A DNA stretch of 43,295 nucleotides from assembly GCF_006345805.1 (NCBI RefSeq), contig NW_021834688.1:1-43295 (forward strand), given 5' to 3'. The translations under genes were made by a program, and so were the position numbers. Below the pieces are notes generated by a model, which did no database searches, was not told the DNA's origin, and was given only the letters and a program-made list of their open reading frames with translations. This DNA is from Octopus sinensis (taxonomy: Eukaryota). Positions 10,700 through 21,638 of the stretch are shown in pieces (position 1 is the stretch's first letter; each line of letters opens with the position of its first letter).

Positions 10700-11950
10700 T
10701 CAGTTCACAACAATAAACTAACTTTTTGATTTTACCCTGACCCACGACGTGGGTAGTAATTGGATGGAAATAAGATTCTAGAAAATCACATAAGTGTACT
10801 TATACAATAGCATGCAAATGTTCCGGAATGAGCGTCGTATTTTACTCCCAAAATATTTGGCGATTTTTGAAACGGTATCTTTACATCGTTTAAACACAGT
10901 TTCACTTACGCTTTGCTGAAGTACGCAGCGCAGTAATCGACTTGAGGTACTCAATTTGGAAAATAGTTCAAGTCTGACCTTGTATTTTTGGTATATACAT
11001 TCTTCCTGATGGTGAATACCAAACTCTGGTAAATGTAGCATTCCAACAATTATTAAAAACTAAATCTAAATCAGAAAAATCTTTTCTAGTTGGTTCATAA
11101 TGATTCAGTTCTTTCGAAGTAAAGACAGAAAAGCCCAGACTACTGGCTAAGTCTTAAAGGATAGCTCCACCCATATTAGTTGTTTCACATCTATAACTCA
11201 CATTTTCGCGTTAAGATCTCAGGCCAGGATTGTCAAGGAATTTTTTTCAAAGAACGTCACAATGACATTTGAATAACGCCTTAGAGACTTTGATTACATT
11301 CCACCTATGATCAGCCAGCCAGAAGTCGTGTGCAACTCAAGCACAATGAGGATTTGTCAGGTTTTAAAGGTTTTAGTGTCTGATCAGTTTTAATATACAT
11401 ATTGAATAGAGAATCGAAGTGCGAAGCTAGAATACTAGCTTTTTCGACGTCCTCGGTAACAGTACGATCGAGATTATCGTGGACAATGATAGTTAATACT
11501 CTACTTCTTTGCGTACGGAGTTCTTTGATTTTCTCAGGTAAAGTTGTGTTTTCCGTTTGTACTCTGAGTTCTTTTTCTATTAGAGAAAGTCGTCCAATTT
11601 CCGGACTACTCTGTTTGTGTCTCGATCCGTGTATCGGCATTAACTGGTCAGAAAAAATCAATAATTCCATTCTATAATATATCTGCAACAGTAGACCCGT
11701 CACTATGGACATTACAGAAGCTCGTTAGCGCCTATTTGGGACAAACTAAGACTCGATAAAGATACTCATGCTTTTGGGTAATAAATCATATCACAACGAT
11801 AGAAAATCGGCGTTCCGAGGACGTCCACAAACAAAAATACCTACTGTTATTTCAAAAGACATTCAACGCATTAAGATACAAAAATAGAGACGACCTTGAT
11901 ACTCTCTGGAGTATACCACGGAACCGCGCATATTGAAAAAATATGATCAA
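10700..11950 (-). mobile_element. L2/CR1-like LINE relic
   Basis: TEDVEKASILASHFDSLF linker motif and RRSFRN...LLYK RT C-terminal motif; heavily decayed. Confidence 0.5.
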
Positions 11951-12123
11951 TATGTTTCTATGTTAGTGCAAATAATATTTCTCCTGGACCGCCGTAAGAA
12001 CAATTTCTAATCTGATGAAATATTTCATTAAAAAAATTGTACCTGATTTTAAAACCCTTATGCTTCTTTGAATCCAAGGATGACTATAGGAAAAATTATT
12101 ACCAAGTCATTCAAAGTCTATCG

Positions 12124-12440
12124 AGTCAGGAACAAGAAGAACGTGTCCGTGAATTGTTAAGTCTAGTTGGCATTATTTCTGAAAGCATATCTAATCTTCC
12201 TTATGAGTTTAGTGGTGGTCAACACCAAAAAATTGGCATTGTACGATCTTTAGCTTTAAATCGCAGTTATATAGTATGTGATTAACCTATTGCATCTTTT
12301 GATGTCTCTATTTATGCACAAATCATCAATCTTCTAAAAAAACTCCAAGAAGATATTAGACTCACATATCGTTTAATTCCACATGACTAAATACTTATCG
12401 TCGGGTGTAACTGTCATGTATTTAGGAAAAATCATAAAAG
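12124..12440 (+). pseudogene. oppF: Bacterial OppF/DppF-like oligopeptide ABC ATPase fragment
   Basis: [10 protein letters not shown]...[21 protein letters not shown]...IVCD*PIASFDVSIYAQIINLLKKLQED...TY..IPHD...VMYLGKI. This gives the ABC signature, Walker B (E to stop) and H-loop in Opp/Dpp-type context. Confidence 0.85.
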
Positions 12441-12669
12441 TGAAAATAAAATTCTCCAGGGGACAAAATCTCTTATTACCTATTAAATATTTTATGTCGC
12501 GATCCAGAGCTGTGAGACGCCAAGAAAATATTAATAAATTTTAATAAAAATTACATTTCTGAACTTTTTTTGTTGATCTCTTCAGTAAATATCTGAAATT
12601 ACTAATTTTTTCTTTCACCCAAAACAACATAACATAAAATCATATGTTGAACGTAGTATTTTAATGGAT

Positions 12670-13888
12670 TTTCGTGACTAGATTTATTTAAAATCTTAAA
12701 ACAATATTGAATGGTTTCAGTAGATATGTCACCCCAACCCATATTAACAAACAAAATTGCATCTTTTAATGTCAATTTTTTGTATTAATTGTATACATAA
12801 ATATTTTCAGTCTCCAGCAAATCAGTTAAGAACTGTAGCTTTCTTCTCATGAAATGAGTCTTGAAGGTTTTTATAATTCCAATATCCATTGGTTGTAGTA
12901 ATCCAGTAGAATTTTTGGGAAAAAATAAAATCTTAATACAATCCAAGTTTTTAAGAATAGAATGTGCAGGACAGTGGTCTATTAGCAATAAAATTACCTT
13001 CTTTTCAATTTTAAGCTGGAGATCAAAGCTAATAATCCAATCAACAAAAATAGATCCAGTCATCCAAGCTTTCTGCAAGCTATAATATGAGACAAGACAT
13101 CCATAGTCAAAATTTCTAAAACATCTAGGCATTTTCGGTTTTCCGATCATCACAGGTTTCAATTTATGACTTACGGTCATGTTTGAACAAAGCATAATAG
13201 ACAGGCGGTCTTCAAAATTTTTGTATCCTTAAAATCAGTTTCTGCATACGCTTTTCGATGAAATAAGCTTGTAATATAATGCAGTTTTATCCAAATTATA
13301 AATTAGATCAGGCTTATACGATTTAGAAATTTCTTTGAATTCTTCACGAAAGGAATTAATGTCAACTTCTCTATCAGTTCGCATCTCTCCATGTAATTTT
13401 AGCATTCTAAAACCGTGTCTCTTTTTGAATTTTGCCAAAAATCCATTAGAATTTTTAAAGTTACTAAGTTGTAACTCTTTGGCAAAATGCGCAGCCTTAC
13501 ACGATATTAAGGAATCATTCAAAAAACCACCTAGAAATTAGTTTTCAATTAATACCTTTAGACTCTATTGTATCCATTCATTCGATCAATTTTTCGTCAA
13601 GCGTAGGAAATTTTGGTTTGTAAGCAGCTTTAAACGAATTTTGATAGATTTTCGGATCCCGTAAAATAAAGTCTTTATTAAGCAGTAGATTATTGATCGT
13701 CTTTCTCGAGATCGTCTGCGGAATAAATGTGAGAATCTGTAAGCCATAAGCTGACACAAAACACTGTCGTTTTCTTCCCTGTAGTTTATAATTTCTGTTT
13801 TTTCAAGAAAAGTGAACCGAGTATAACGTCCACGAGAAATTTTATAAGACATGTGATTTAAAATTGGCCAATTTGCAAGGGTTCACTG
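12670..13888 (-). mobile_element. Second, decayed copy of the same pogo family, 3'-truncated
   Basis: TIR 13865-13888 (2 mismatches vs copy 1) followed by TA. ORF pieces are nearly identical to 3781-5335 but with stops and a frameshift. The 25-nt intron is retained at 13531-13555. Confidence 0.93.
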
Positions 13889-13949
13889 TATATTTTTAAT
13901 AATTAATAAAAGTGCAGGATTTTATTTTGAATTATAAAGTTGTGGTGGT

Positions 13950-14015
13950 ATATTGGACTCATTGATATTGATCCCGGAGAGTTCGAGTAGATCGATAAGA
14001 ATATCCGACTCGTGC
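13950..14015 (+). mobile_element. Short R4/Dong-like relic abutting the CRE element
   Basis: YIGLIDIDPGEFE*IDKNIR matches YIGLIDIDPTEFEVIDKKIR of the first R4 copy. Confidence 0.7.
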
Positions 14016-16095
14016 TGGCCATCACCAAACTAATGAACAGGATGCTATCAGGGACACTGCCTGAAACAATTCGACATGTAATGTTCTCTGCCAAGCTAAT
14101 CGCATTCGACAAGAAGGGAGGGGGAGTACGCCCTATTGCTGTTGGACTGGTCTTTCGTCGTTTGGCCTCAAAGCTTGTTTGCAGAGCAATCCTGCCTACG
14201 TTGATAACACAATTACAACCAGCCCAAATTGGGGTCGGTTCACCGGGGGGTTGTGAAGCGGCAGTTCATGCTGTCCGAACATTCACTGAAAAGAACGAGG
14301 ACACTCCTTTTGTAATCGTCAAAATCGACATTAAAAACGCCTTCAACTCGATACGACGTGACACAATTCTGGAGGATTGCCTCACACATTACCCATCAGT
14401 GTACAGCTATATTAATAGTATTCATAGCTCTTATCGAAAACCATCGAGTTTGGTGCACGGCCAATATCACATCCCATTGTGTTCTGGAGTCCAACAAGGA
14501 GACCCATTGGGCCCTGCCTTGTTTAGCCTGGGAATTGCCCGTGTCACCAAATATTGTTCGACTCCTCTGAGGGTATGGTATTTGGATGATTGCACAATGG
14601 GCGGCCAGCCGAAGGATGTGCTAGATTGCCTAAAAAGTCTGATAGCCCAATTGGAATCCCTATGCGTAACCCTGAACACAATTAAGTGCGAAGTAACCAA
14701 TTTTGGATTTTCGCAGCCTAAATGGGACCTGATTCTTGAAACATTCAGAGAGATCATCCCTAAAGCCACAGAAACCAAACCAGAACAACTAGAAATACTT
14801 GGATGCCCTCTCACTGATGCAGGAATCAGTAACACTTTAATAACAAAAGAACATCAACTAAAAACAACTTTCAGACCTTTGGAGTTGCTAGACGCACATA
14901 CCTCCCTATTCCTGCTAAAAAACGCCTTGTCAGCACAGAAACTAAATTACGTTCTTCGGGGTGCACCCTGCTACCTGGAAACGCAACAGCTCGACAATAT
15001 CGATTGTCTCTTTCGGACCACAATTGAACGCATTACGAATGTGAAATTCGACGACCAAGGGTGGGACCAAGCGACCCTACCCGTTAACCTGGGCGGACTG
15101 GGAATCCCTTCTCCGAATGATCTGGCTCGCCCCGCATATCTATCCTCTTTGGACTTCAGCCAACTGCTGATCAGGATGATTCTCCAACTCCAAACTGAAT
15201 CATCTGAAATCACAGAGATGGAGCATTCGAGAGGGATGATGCCTGAGCAGAAAAATCGTTACAAGACCATCTGCGAGGATAAATACGAGAGGCTTCTGAA
15301 CCAGTCAAACCAACACAGACGTGCCTGTCTAGTGACTGGAAGATGCGAATCAAGTGGTGCTTGGATCAATGCACTCCCCGTTGATAGTGTCGGAACTCAC
15401 CTTGACGACGATACTGTCCGCATTGGCATCAGCACCAGACTTGCACTGGAGATTTGCCGGACTCACAAATGCCGGTGTGGGGCCACCGTCGATTGTTATG
15501 GACACCATGCTCTCTCTTATCGAAGAAGTGCAGGACGATTTCCAAGACACAAGCGATCAACGAAATTGTCAAGCGAGCCCTGGAGTCTGCAGGATACCCA
15601 GCCGTATTTGAACCGGTCGGGCTTGATCGAGGAGATGGAAAACGTCCTGATGGGATCACAATTTTCCCATTTGAAGAGGGGAAACCTCTAGTCTGGGACG
15701 CAACCTGTGTGGACACCCTCTGCCCGTCCAACATTGCCGGGAGCGCAGTGGACAGACTGTATGCCGCGGAAAAAACGATGAGGGCGAAGGAGAGAAAATA
15801 TGAAGCGCTACGAGATCAATTCGTGTTCTGTCCGATTGTGGTCGAGACAACTGGAGGAATAAGTGGGAAATCGCTTCGCTTCCTAAAGAAGCTTGGACGC
15901 TTAGCCACATTAAAAAGTTACGACACACGTGAGACCCGGTGGCTTCTCCAGTTGATCTCCGTTGCTATCGTGAGAGGCAACAATCAATATCAATACAGCC
16001 GTTCCGCGAGATCGCAACTTAATGTGAAATCTCGCACTGGCCAGCCACATAAGATCAAGATAGAAAAAGAGAACATGTTATTAGGAACTAACTAA
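14016..16095 (+). mobile_element. CRE-clade non-LTR retrotransposon (RT + Zn knuckle + RLE), 5'-truncated, one frameshift
   Basis: GGVRPIAVG, GGCEAAVH, DIKNAFNS, GVQQGDPLGPALF, WYLDD, GGLGI, CRCG...GHHAL, DGKRPDG...WD, VETTG, ISVAIVRGN. A 1-nt deletion at ~15550 separates ORFs 14012-15691 and 15454-16095. Confidence 0.85.
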
Positions 16096-16519
16096 TCCAA
16101 ACGAACGAATCCAAACGAACTGTCCCCCGCATCTATTTTTCTCTCGTGCTGTGGCTGATGTAGACATCCGGTTCCTCAGTGAAATCACTGATGACGGCGT
16201 CACTCGTCAATCCAGAGTGCATGTAATATGCATGGAACCTTCGGCCGGAATGATAGCAGTGAGATTCGAACCCAGAGCTTCGCGAAACTGCCAAATTCTT
16301 CAAGCACTGAGAGGCAACGCAACGTCAATTATTTTGGCAAGGTCCACTTCGGACAGATGGCTTTATTAGCTAATTAGTTTCTTTTTTAGCTGTTTTTGTT
16401 AATATATATCCGACGAATTCTTAAGAACAGTTTTGAAGATAACATTTGGAGTTTGTAATTGACAAATGATTAGTAAAAGACAGTTAGAAAAAAAGAAAGT
16501 TTGTTTAAAACTACGCAGT

Positions 16520-16723
16520 TTAGGACGCCCTCCCAGCCTCACGGATTGCGAAACAGTTGCCGCGGATTACGGCAATGAGAGGCGTTGAAGAAGCCAAAAA
16601 GACTCTCTCGAGTCGTCCGTTTTTTTGGCGATTCTTCTCCCCAAACCACGTAGGAAACAAAGCGACTTGGGGGCAAAGACCCCAGAGGTCTCAACGGCGA
16701 TGGGCGTGAAAACAAAACGGTTG
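16520..16723 (-). mobile_element. CRE-like 3' fragment
   Basis: FVFTPIAVETSGVFAPKSLCFLRGLGRRIAKKTDDSRESFWLLQRL(S)IAVIRGNCFAI...*; one frameshift. Confidence 0.8.
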
Positions 16724-16820
16724 ACAGTTTACATTTTAAGTTTGCGGTTGACATTTTAAGTTTGTAATTGTAAATTTGAAGTTCATAATAGACAAATTGA
16801 CTTGAAAATGGTATAGTAGC

Positions 16821-17235
16821 TCGATTGAGTGGGACTTTTGTATATTGGATGAAATTCATATGGAATAGATTTCCCATGTTTTGAATCTTTTAAAGTCTAA
16901 GAATATGCCTATATTCACTGGGACACCAGTTCTGAAAAATTTGGGAGATATTTGAGCCTGGTTTGACTTTCTTATGCCTGGGTTCCTTGGTACTGAGGGA
17001 GCCTTTAACCGACATTTTGTCAAGACTGTCAGAAATCAGACTGACCCCATGTTGCTCCAGCCATCAGAGGGACTGATTGACTTACAGAGTTTGCACAAGT
17101 TGGTCCTACTCTTCATTCTGTGGAGGATGAAAGAGGATGTCTTAAATGACTTCCTTCCAAGACAATCCAGGACTACCAATGCCATATGAGTCCACTTCAA
17201 ACAGTTCTCTACAACTCCCTCTCACTAAAAGTAGG
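16821..17235 (+). pseudogene. BTAF1: BTAF1/Mot1-like SNF2 ATPase fragment
   Basis: WDFCILDEIH...FTGTPV...I*AWFDFLMPGFLGTE...LHKLVLLFILWRMKEDVLND...KTIQDYQCHMSPLQ. It has two stops and a frameshift and matches recalled Mot1/BTAF1 motifs (DEGH, GTPIQN, FDFLMPGFLGTE, LRRMKEDVL, IIQDYYC). Confidence 0.85.
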
Positions 17236-17531
17236 GCCGTAATGTTTGTTTATATTACGCCTCAACTTTCCGCAATTAAAAGGGAAGATAGTCAAGATCA
17301 GTATCCCAGGTAAATTAAATACATGTGTGGACTTGATCATACGTTGACACAAACTGTTCAAGCCCAACTCCTAAACCAGTCTCTAAAACAACCACCGGAA
17401 AAATAGGGTTCAACAGTTCCGGAACTGCAACTCGACCGATTTAACACAAAGACATATCCATTTTTAAAAACTAAAATGGGCCATCGAAAGTGTACTCTAA
17501 TCTAACACTAAGAAATTTTATTTACTCAAAT

Positions 17532-18730
17532 TCACAAATTACTGAATTTAGTCTCCGTCACCACTTTTATAATTTTCCTTACGTCAGAAATATCCTCTAT
17601 AACGTATGAAGGAACAAGTCTTCTGGCCAATCCAAGGACGGTCCTCACTCTTTTAAACCTCTCGAAATAATTAGTCTCATTCAATGGCCACTCTTTGATT
17701 GTACTCATAAGTAAGAGGTAGCATTTTTCTTCGGAATACTCCTCTATCTCCTGAATTAGCGCATCATGGTAGTACTCCTCTGCAACCTCCACCAATTCTC
17801 TTCGATCGTAATCATTCAAGTATTTCCTAGAGAATCAAAAACCCTAAATAACTTGGAATTCTTAGGCGTGGGGGAGAGTCTGGAATAAATGCCAAACAAT
17901 TCTTCTGCACTCCCCAACTCGAAAAGAACGTCTAATAGCAGTCTAACTCCCCTAGAACAATAGAACTAACCATTACTTGCGTAGATATATGTGGAACTTG
18001 CCTCGTTCCACATTATCAGAGTCAATCATCCACACATTCTATCATTAAGGTCTAGTCATTACTGCAAATAAATTTTCCTTCGTGTTCAAAGGCGGGAGAA
18101 TAGGCTTGTGGTCTAAAATATATAAGAAAGAAATAACATTTGATAAGGAATATCACAACAACCCGATGCACGTATTTTCTGTATGAGGAATGAAATGAAA
18201 GGAGAACTAATATCATACAGACAACAATGTGTGGCATAATCAGAACAATCTACTTATGTGAGCAGAATTTGGTCACCACGCAAGTCTTCCATTACGTAAG
18301 ATATCATGAGAATATACTCAATTATTACTTTGTTCTTTGGATCCAGAAATAGGCACTAAATATTTACTCATTTCAAACTGTAATAAATGATTTTTTGGCC
18401 TGGTTGAGTTGACCAAGTGTTGTGGCCGTCATTCCCAGCTTAAGTTGAGTATAGAAACACTTCGGATCGATGTCAGAGGCCTAATAGATGCTCAAATATG
18501 TATACTTTTTTTAAATATTTAAAAGCAGGTTGAAAGTTTTTAAGGTGGAAATAGTAATTGCCAATAAAATTAAGAGTGTAGTATTCTACACTACCAATAG
18601 ACAAAGAACGTTTCCCAGACAAGAGTTGATTTAGGACAGCACGTTGGTTTCTAAGGAGTTGGCTAAGTTCATGCTCCTTTTCTGAAATGGACAGGGCCAT
18701 TTGAATTAGCTGCATTTCTGGAATCGACAT
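17532..18730 (-). pseudogene. CABIN1: Internally deleted CABIN1 paralog: N-terminal TPR exons fused at 18087/18088 to the last exons
   Basis: ATG at 18730. Introns 18481-18505, 18356-18378, 18250-18276 and 18113-18137 (23-27 nt) give a TPR region that aligns without gaps to the recalled CABIN1 N-terminus. 17532-18087 is identical to 40705-41260. Confidence 0.75.
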
Positions 18731-19039
18731 AAGGGATCAACGTTATCAAAGCGTTTGTGCGATAACAAGAAAAATTATTATATAAAATAATTCAAATGAA
18801 AATTAATTATAATTTATTTTATGTAAAATATGATCGTCTTGAGTCCTAAGTAAAGTTTTTTTATTAACAATTTTTCTTTGACAAGTTTCTGTGCCTGTTG
18901 CGCCCCAAGCATACAACTTCCAAATGGAAAAATATTTAAAAGTGTCGATTGCGGGCTTTTTGAGACACCTTTTTGATTGCGGGCTTGGTGATATATAATA
19001 TTCATTTAGCTATTACAGCCTATTTGTATTCAGACTTTT

Positions 19040-19390
19040 CATATGCAATCTTTAGAGTTCTATATGTCTTGTTTTTTCTTGATCACTTTTTGTCTTTATT
19101 ATAATTTAAAGAGAGTGGCTCTATAAGACCGCGAGTCAACAAGCATGCAATTCAATTCATGCCTCCATTTTTCCTCGTGTCGGTGTTCACATCGCCTCAC
19201 TATAGTGTATTCTGTTTTCTCAGTGTTAATTTTTAGGAATGATTTTTCAAAAGTGTTGGCCAATTTGTCCATAGTACCTTCTAATTGGTGGTCTGTTGCC
19301 GTGAAATCTATGTCAACTGCAAAGATGACTTTTGTAATATGTCTGGGGATATTATGTGACATGAGCGGCTGGATACGCATGGGCAACCGG
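19040..19390 (-). mobile_element. RTE-like RT relic
   Basis: VIFAVDIDF (decayed YADD), LKINTEKTEY, EKWR. Confidence 0.55.
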
Positions 19391-19444
19391 TTACATTTTT
19401 GACCTTGTAGATGTCAATTATTAATCATTGAAGGAACAATATTT

Positions 19445-19627
19445 TTTGAGACTGTTGAGACTTCCGGTTCCTTGGGCAGTAAGGCAATCAGCTTCGTTCA
19501 GGAGATCGGATCCCGCATGTCTGCCATCACAGGCGACGCCCGCGAATCGAGATGGTTTTTCGAGCGGATATCCCTTGCGATAGTACGCTCTAATTCTTTC
19601 TCGATCGCGTCGGCTTCCCGCACTTGA
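19445..19627 (+). mobile_element. CRE-like 3' fragment
   Basis: ETVETSGSLGSKAISFVQEIGSRMSAITGDARESRWFFERISLAIVRSNSFSI...*. Confidence 0.8.
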
Positions 19628-19934
19628 AGCTTTTAATTAATTAACTTGTAGTTATTGGTTGGTTTTCATCAAACTAGAATTGTAAAAAAAAATATTTTTT
19701 GAATAACTTGAAAGAATAATGCATTTTAACAAAAAATATTAAAATTAATCATTTTTTTAGTTTGCCATTGGTACCGGCCATATCTCTCCTTTAGCATATT
19801 TAATCTATTAAATAAAAATGATTGATTTGCTTCGACTCGATTATTTGATAAAATGATAATTATTTCAGCGCCCGGATAGAATGGAGACTCGAATTTATCC
19901 AACCGCAACGAAGGGTTTGTTCCATAATCTTTTT

Positions 19935-21340
19935 TCAATCAATCAATCAATCAACAACTTTATTTAGGTAACAACGGATAGTATGTGGGGTAATAATTAA
20001 TGAAACGGTAAGGCTTGCTCACCGACTTCTTCCGCGAAACAAAAAAGAAAGGAGGAACCCCAACCTCTCAGTATAGAATTACCTTTGCAGGTAAGTCCCA
20101 GTGACTGTTGACCAGAATGTGTAGTTTTTGATGCTTTTTTCAACGATTTCCCCCACCGTAGGCGTTTTAGCCTCGAGCCATGGGGGAATCGGGCATTCCA
20201 GGCTTTGGGAGTAGGCGATTTTTAACGCCAGTCTCCGAGTATTCTCAAACTTCCCGATAATGGGACTCCTCTTTCTAGAGAAGTACCATGCCTCTTTTCC
20301 AAATATAAGTCCTGGTAAGATCACCGTGTTAAAAACATAAAGGAAAGTGTCTGGTTCCAGATTTAACTTTCTTAAGCAAAACAGTGCGTTTGTTGCTTTC
20401 TTTTTTCGAATTTTTGCATTTTCAGTGTATTTACCATTTTCTTCAATTTGCAATCTCAGGTATTTTATTGAATGTTGTCGTGGTATGTTAGTAATCAGAC
20501 ATGGTGAATTTTTAAGATTTCTACTTTCTGTGATTCTCAACAGGGCAGACTTCTTACGTGCGACAGCCAGCATGTTACTTCTGCACCAATGTTAGACCTC
20601 TTCCATATATGACAGCATTCGTTGTTCAGATAAGGCAGGTTTCGGTGAAACATCGAGGATGACCACATCATCAGCATATATTAGAATTTCCGTCCGTACA
20701 TTGTTTGGGGAAGGTAGATTACTCATGACAATGTTAAATAACAGAGGACTGAGTACTGATCCCTGGGGGACACCTCTTTTTAATTTTAGCTCATCCGAGT
20801 CGTGGTTCAGTAAGCTTACCACTGATCGTCTGTCGCGGAGGAAGTCCTGTAACCATAGAAACAGTTCTCTATCTATCTGACACTTCACCAGATGTCTCAG
20901 AAGGCCAAAATGCCATACACTGTCGAATGCCTTCGAAATGTCAAGACAGACCATCGTCAGAGATTCCTTGGTATCCAGAGCCTTCATAATTAACGAATTT
21001 ACCGTATAATGACAGTCCCCACAAGAGCGATTTCTGCGGAAACCCCACTGCACATTTTTTAGAATATTTTTGCTCTCCACATGTTCCGAGAGTCTTCCCA
21101 GCAATATCCTTTCCATGATTCGGCTGATGGTAGGAATCAGGCTTATTGGCCTATAGCTTGTTGGCAAGTAGCGAGGTTTTCCTGGCTTCAGTATCATCCT
21201 AACCTCCGTTAGTTTCCAGGAGGAGGGGACGTATCCCAAATGAAGACTACAGGAGAAAAGACATCTCAAATATTCATAAAGTTCCCTCGGTGCTTCTTTG
21301 AACAATCGCAATGTTATCTTGTCTCTTCCTGGGGCATTAT
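19935..21340 (-). mobile_element. Jockey/I-group LINE, 5'-truncated, with (TTGA)n tail
   Basis: YRPISLI, QWGFR, LDISKAFDSVWH, GVPQGSVLSP, IYADD. An in-frame TAA is at 20592-20594. On the minus strand AATAAA is followed by ~5 TTGA units (19935-19954). Confidence 0.88.
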
Positions 21341-21638
21341 CCTTCGAGCATTTTATTGCGTCCTAGCCGTGTAGTCGGTCGTAAGTGATGCCTGTTGCCA
21401 TCGTATGGTTGATGTGAACATGATAGTATTATGAAAGTAATACTCTCAGGTTTGAATAATAAGGATCGTACTGGTTCAGGCCGGAAACGGAGCATAATCT
21501 TTTTTAACTCGAACCTATCTATAATTTTTTTCATTTATTTTCCTATTCATTGCCTTATAGTTGGCTGAGTTTCCATCAATCAAATTTAAATTAAATTTGA
21601 ATTTTTTGGACTTGAACAATTAGAATTCCATAAATATA

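Larger units (their letters stand above)
3111..18087. repeat. Segmental duplication copy A (carries the extra pogo insertion)
   Basis: 3111-3694 matches 28004-28588 and 5415-18087 matches ~28587-41260 (offset 23172-23173). ORF translations are identical over most of the length. Confidence 0.97.

Noticed and set aside
16250-16285. tRNA gene or tRNA-derived SINE (minus strand GGGTTCGAATCTCA, B-box/T-arm-like)
   Set aside because: No A-box, D-arm or anticodon arm could be folded upstream; too short to support.
17050-17130. BED-finger-like CKLC...GWSNM on the minus strand
   Set aside because: It is the antisense of the much better supported BTAF1 fragment.
18814-19005. 63-aa ORF upstream of mini-CABIN1
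   Set aside because: No recognisable motif. It could be an exon of a neighbouring gene but cannot be supported.
21337-21534. 65-aa ORF and a GSGRKR motif on the plus strand
   Set aside because: Too short and ambiguous to assign to a family.
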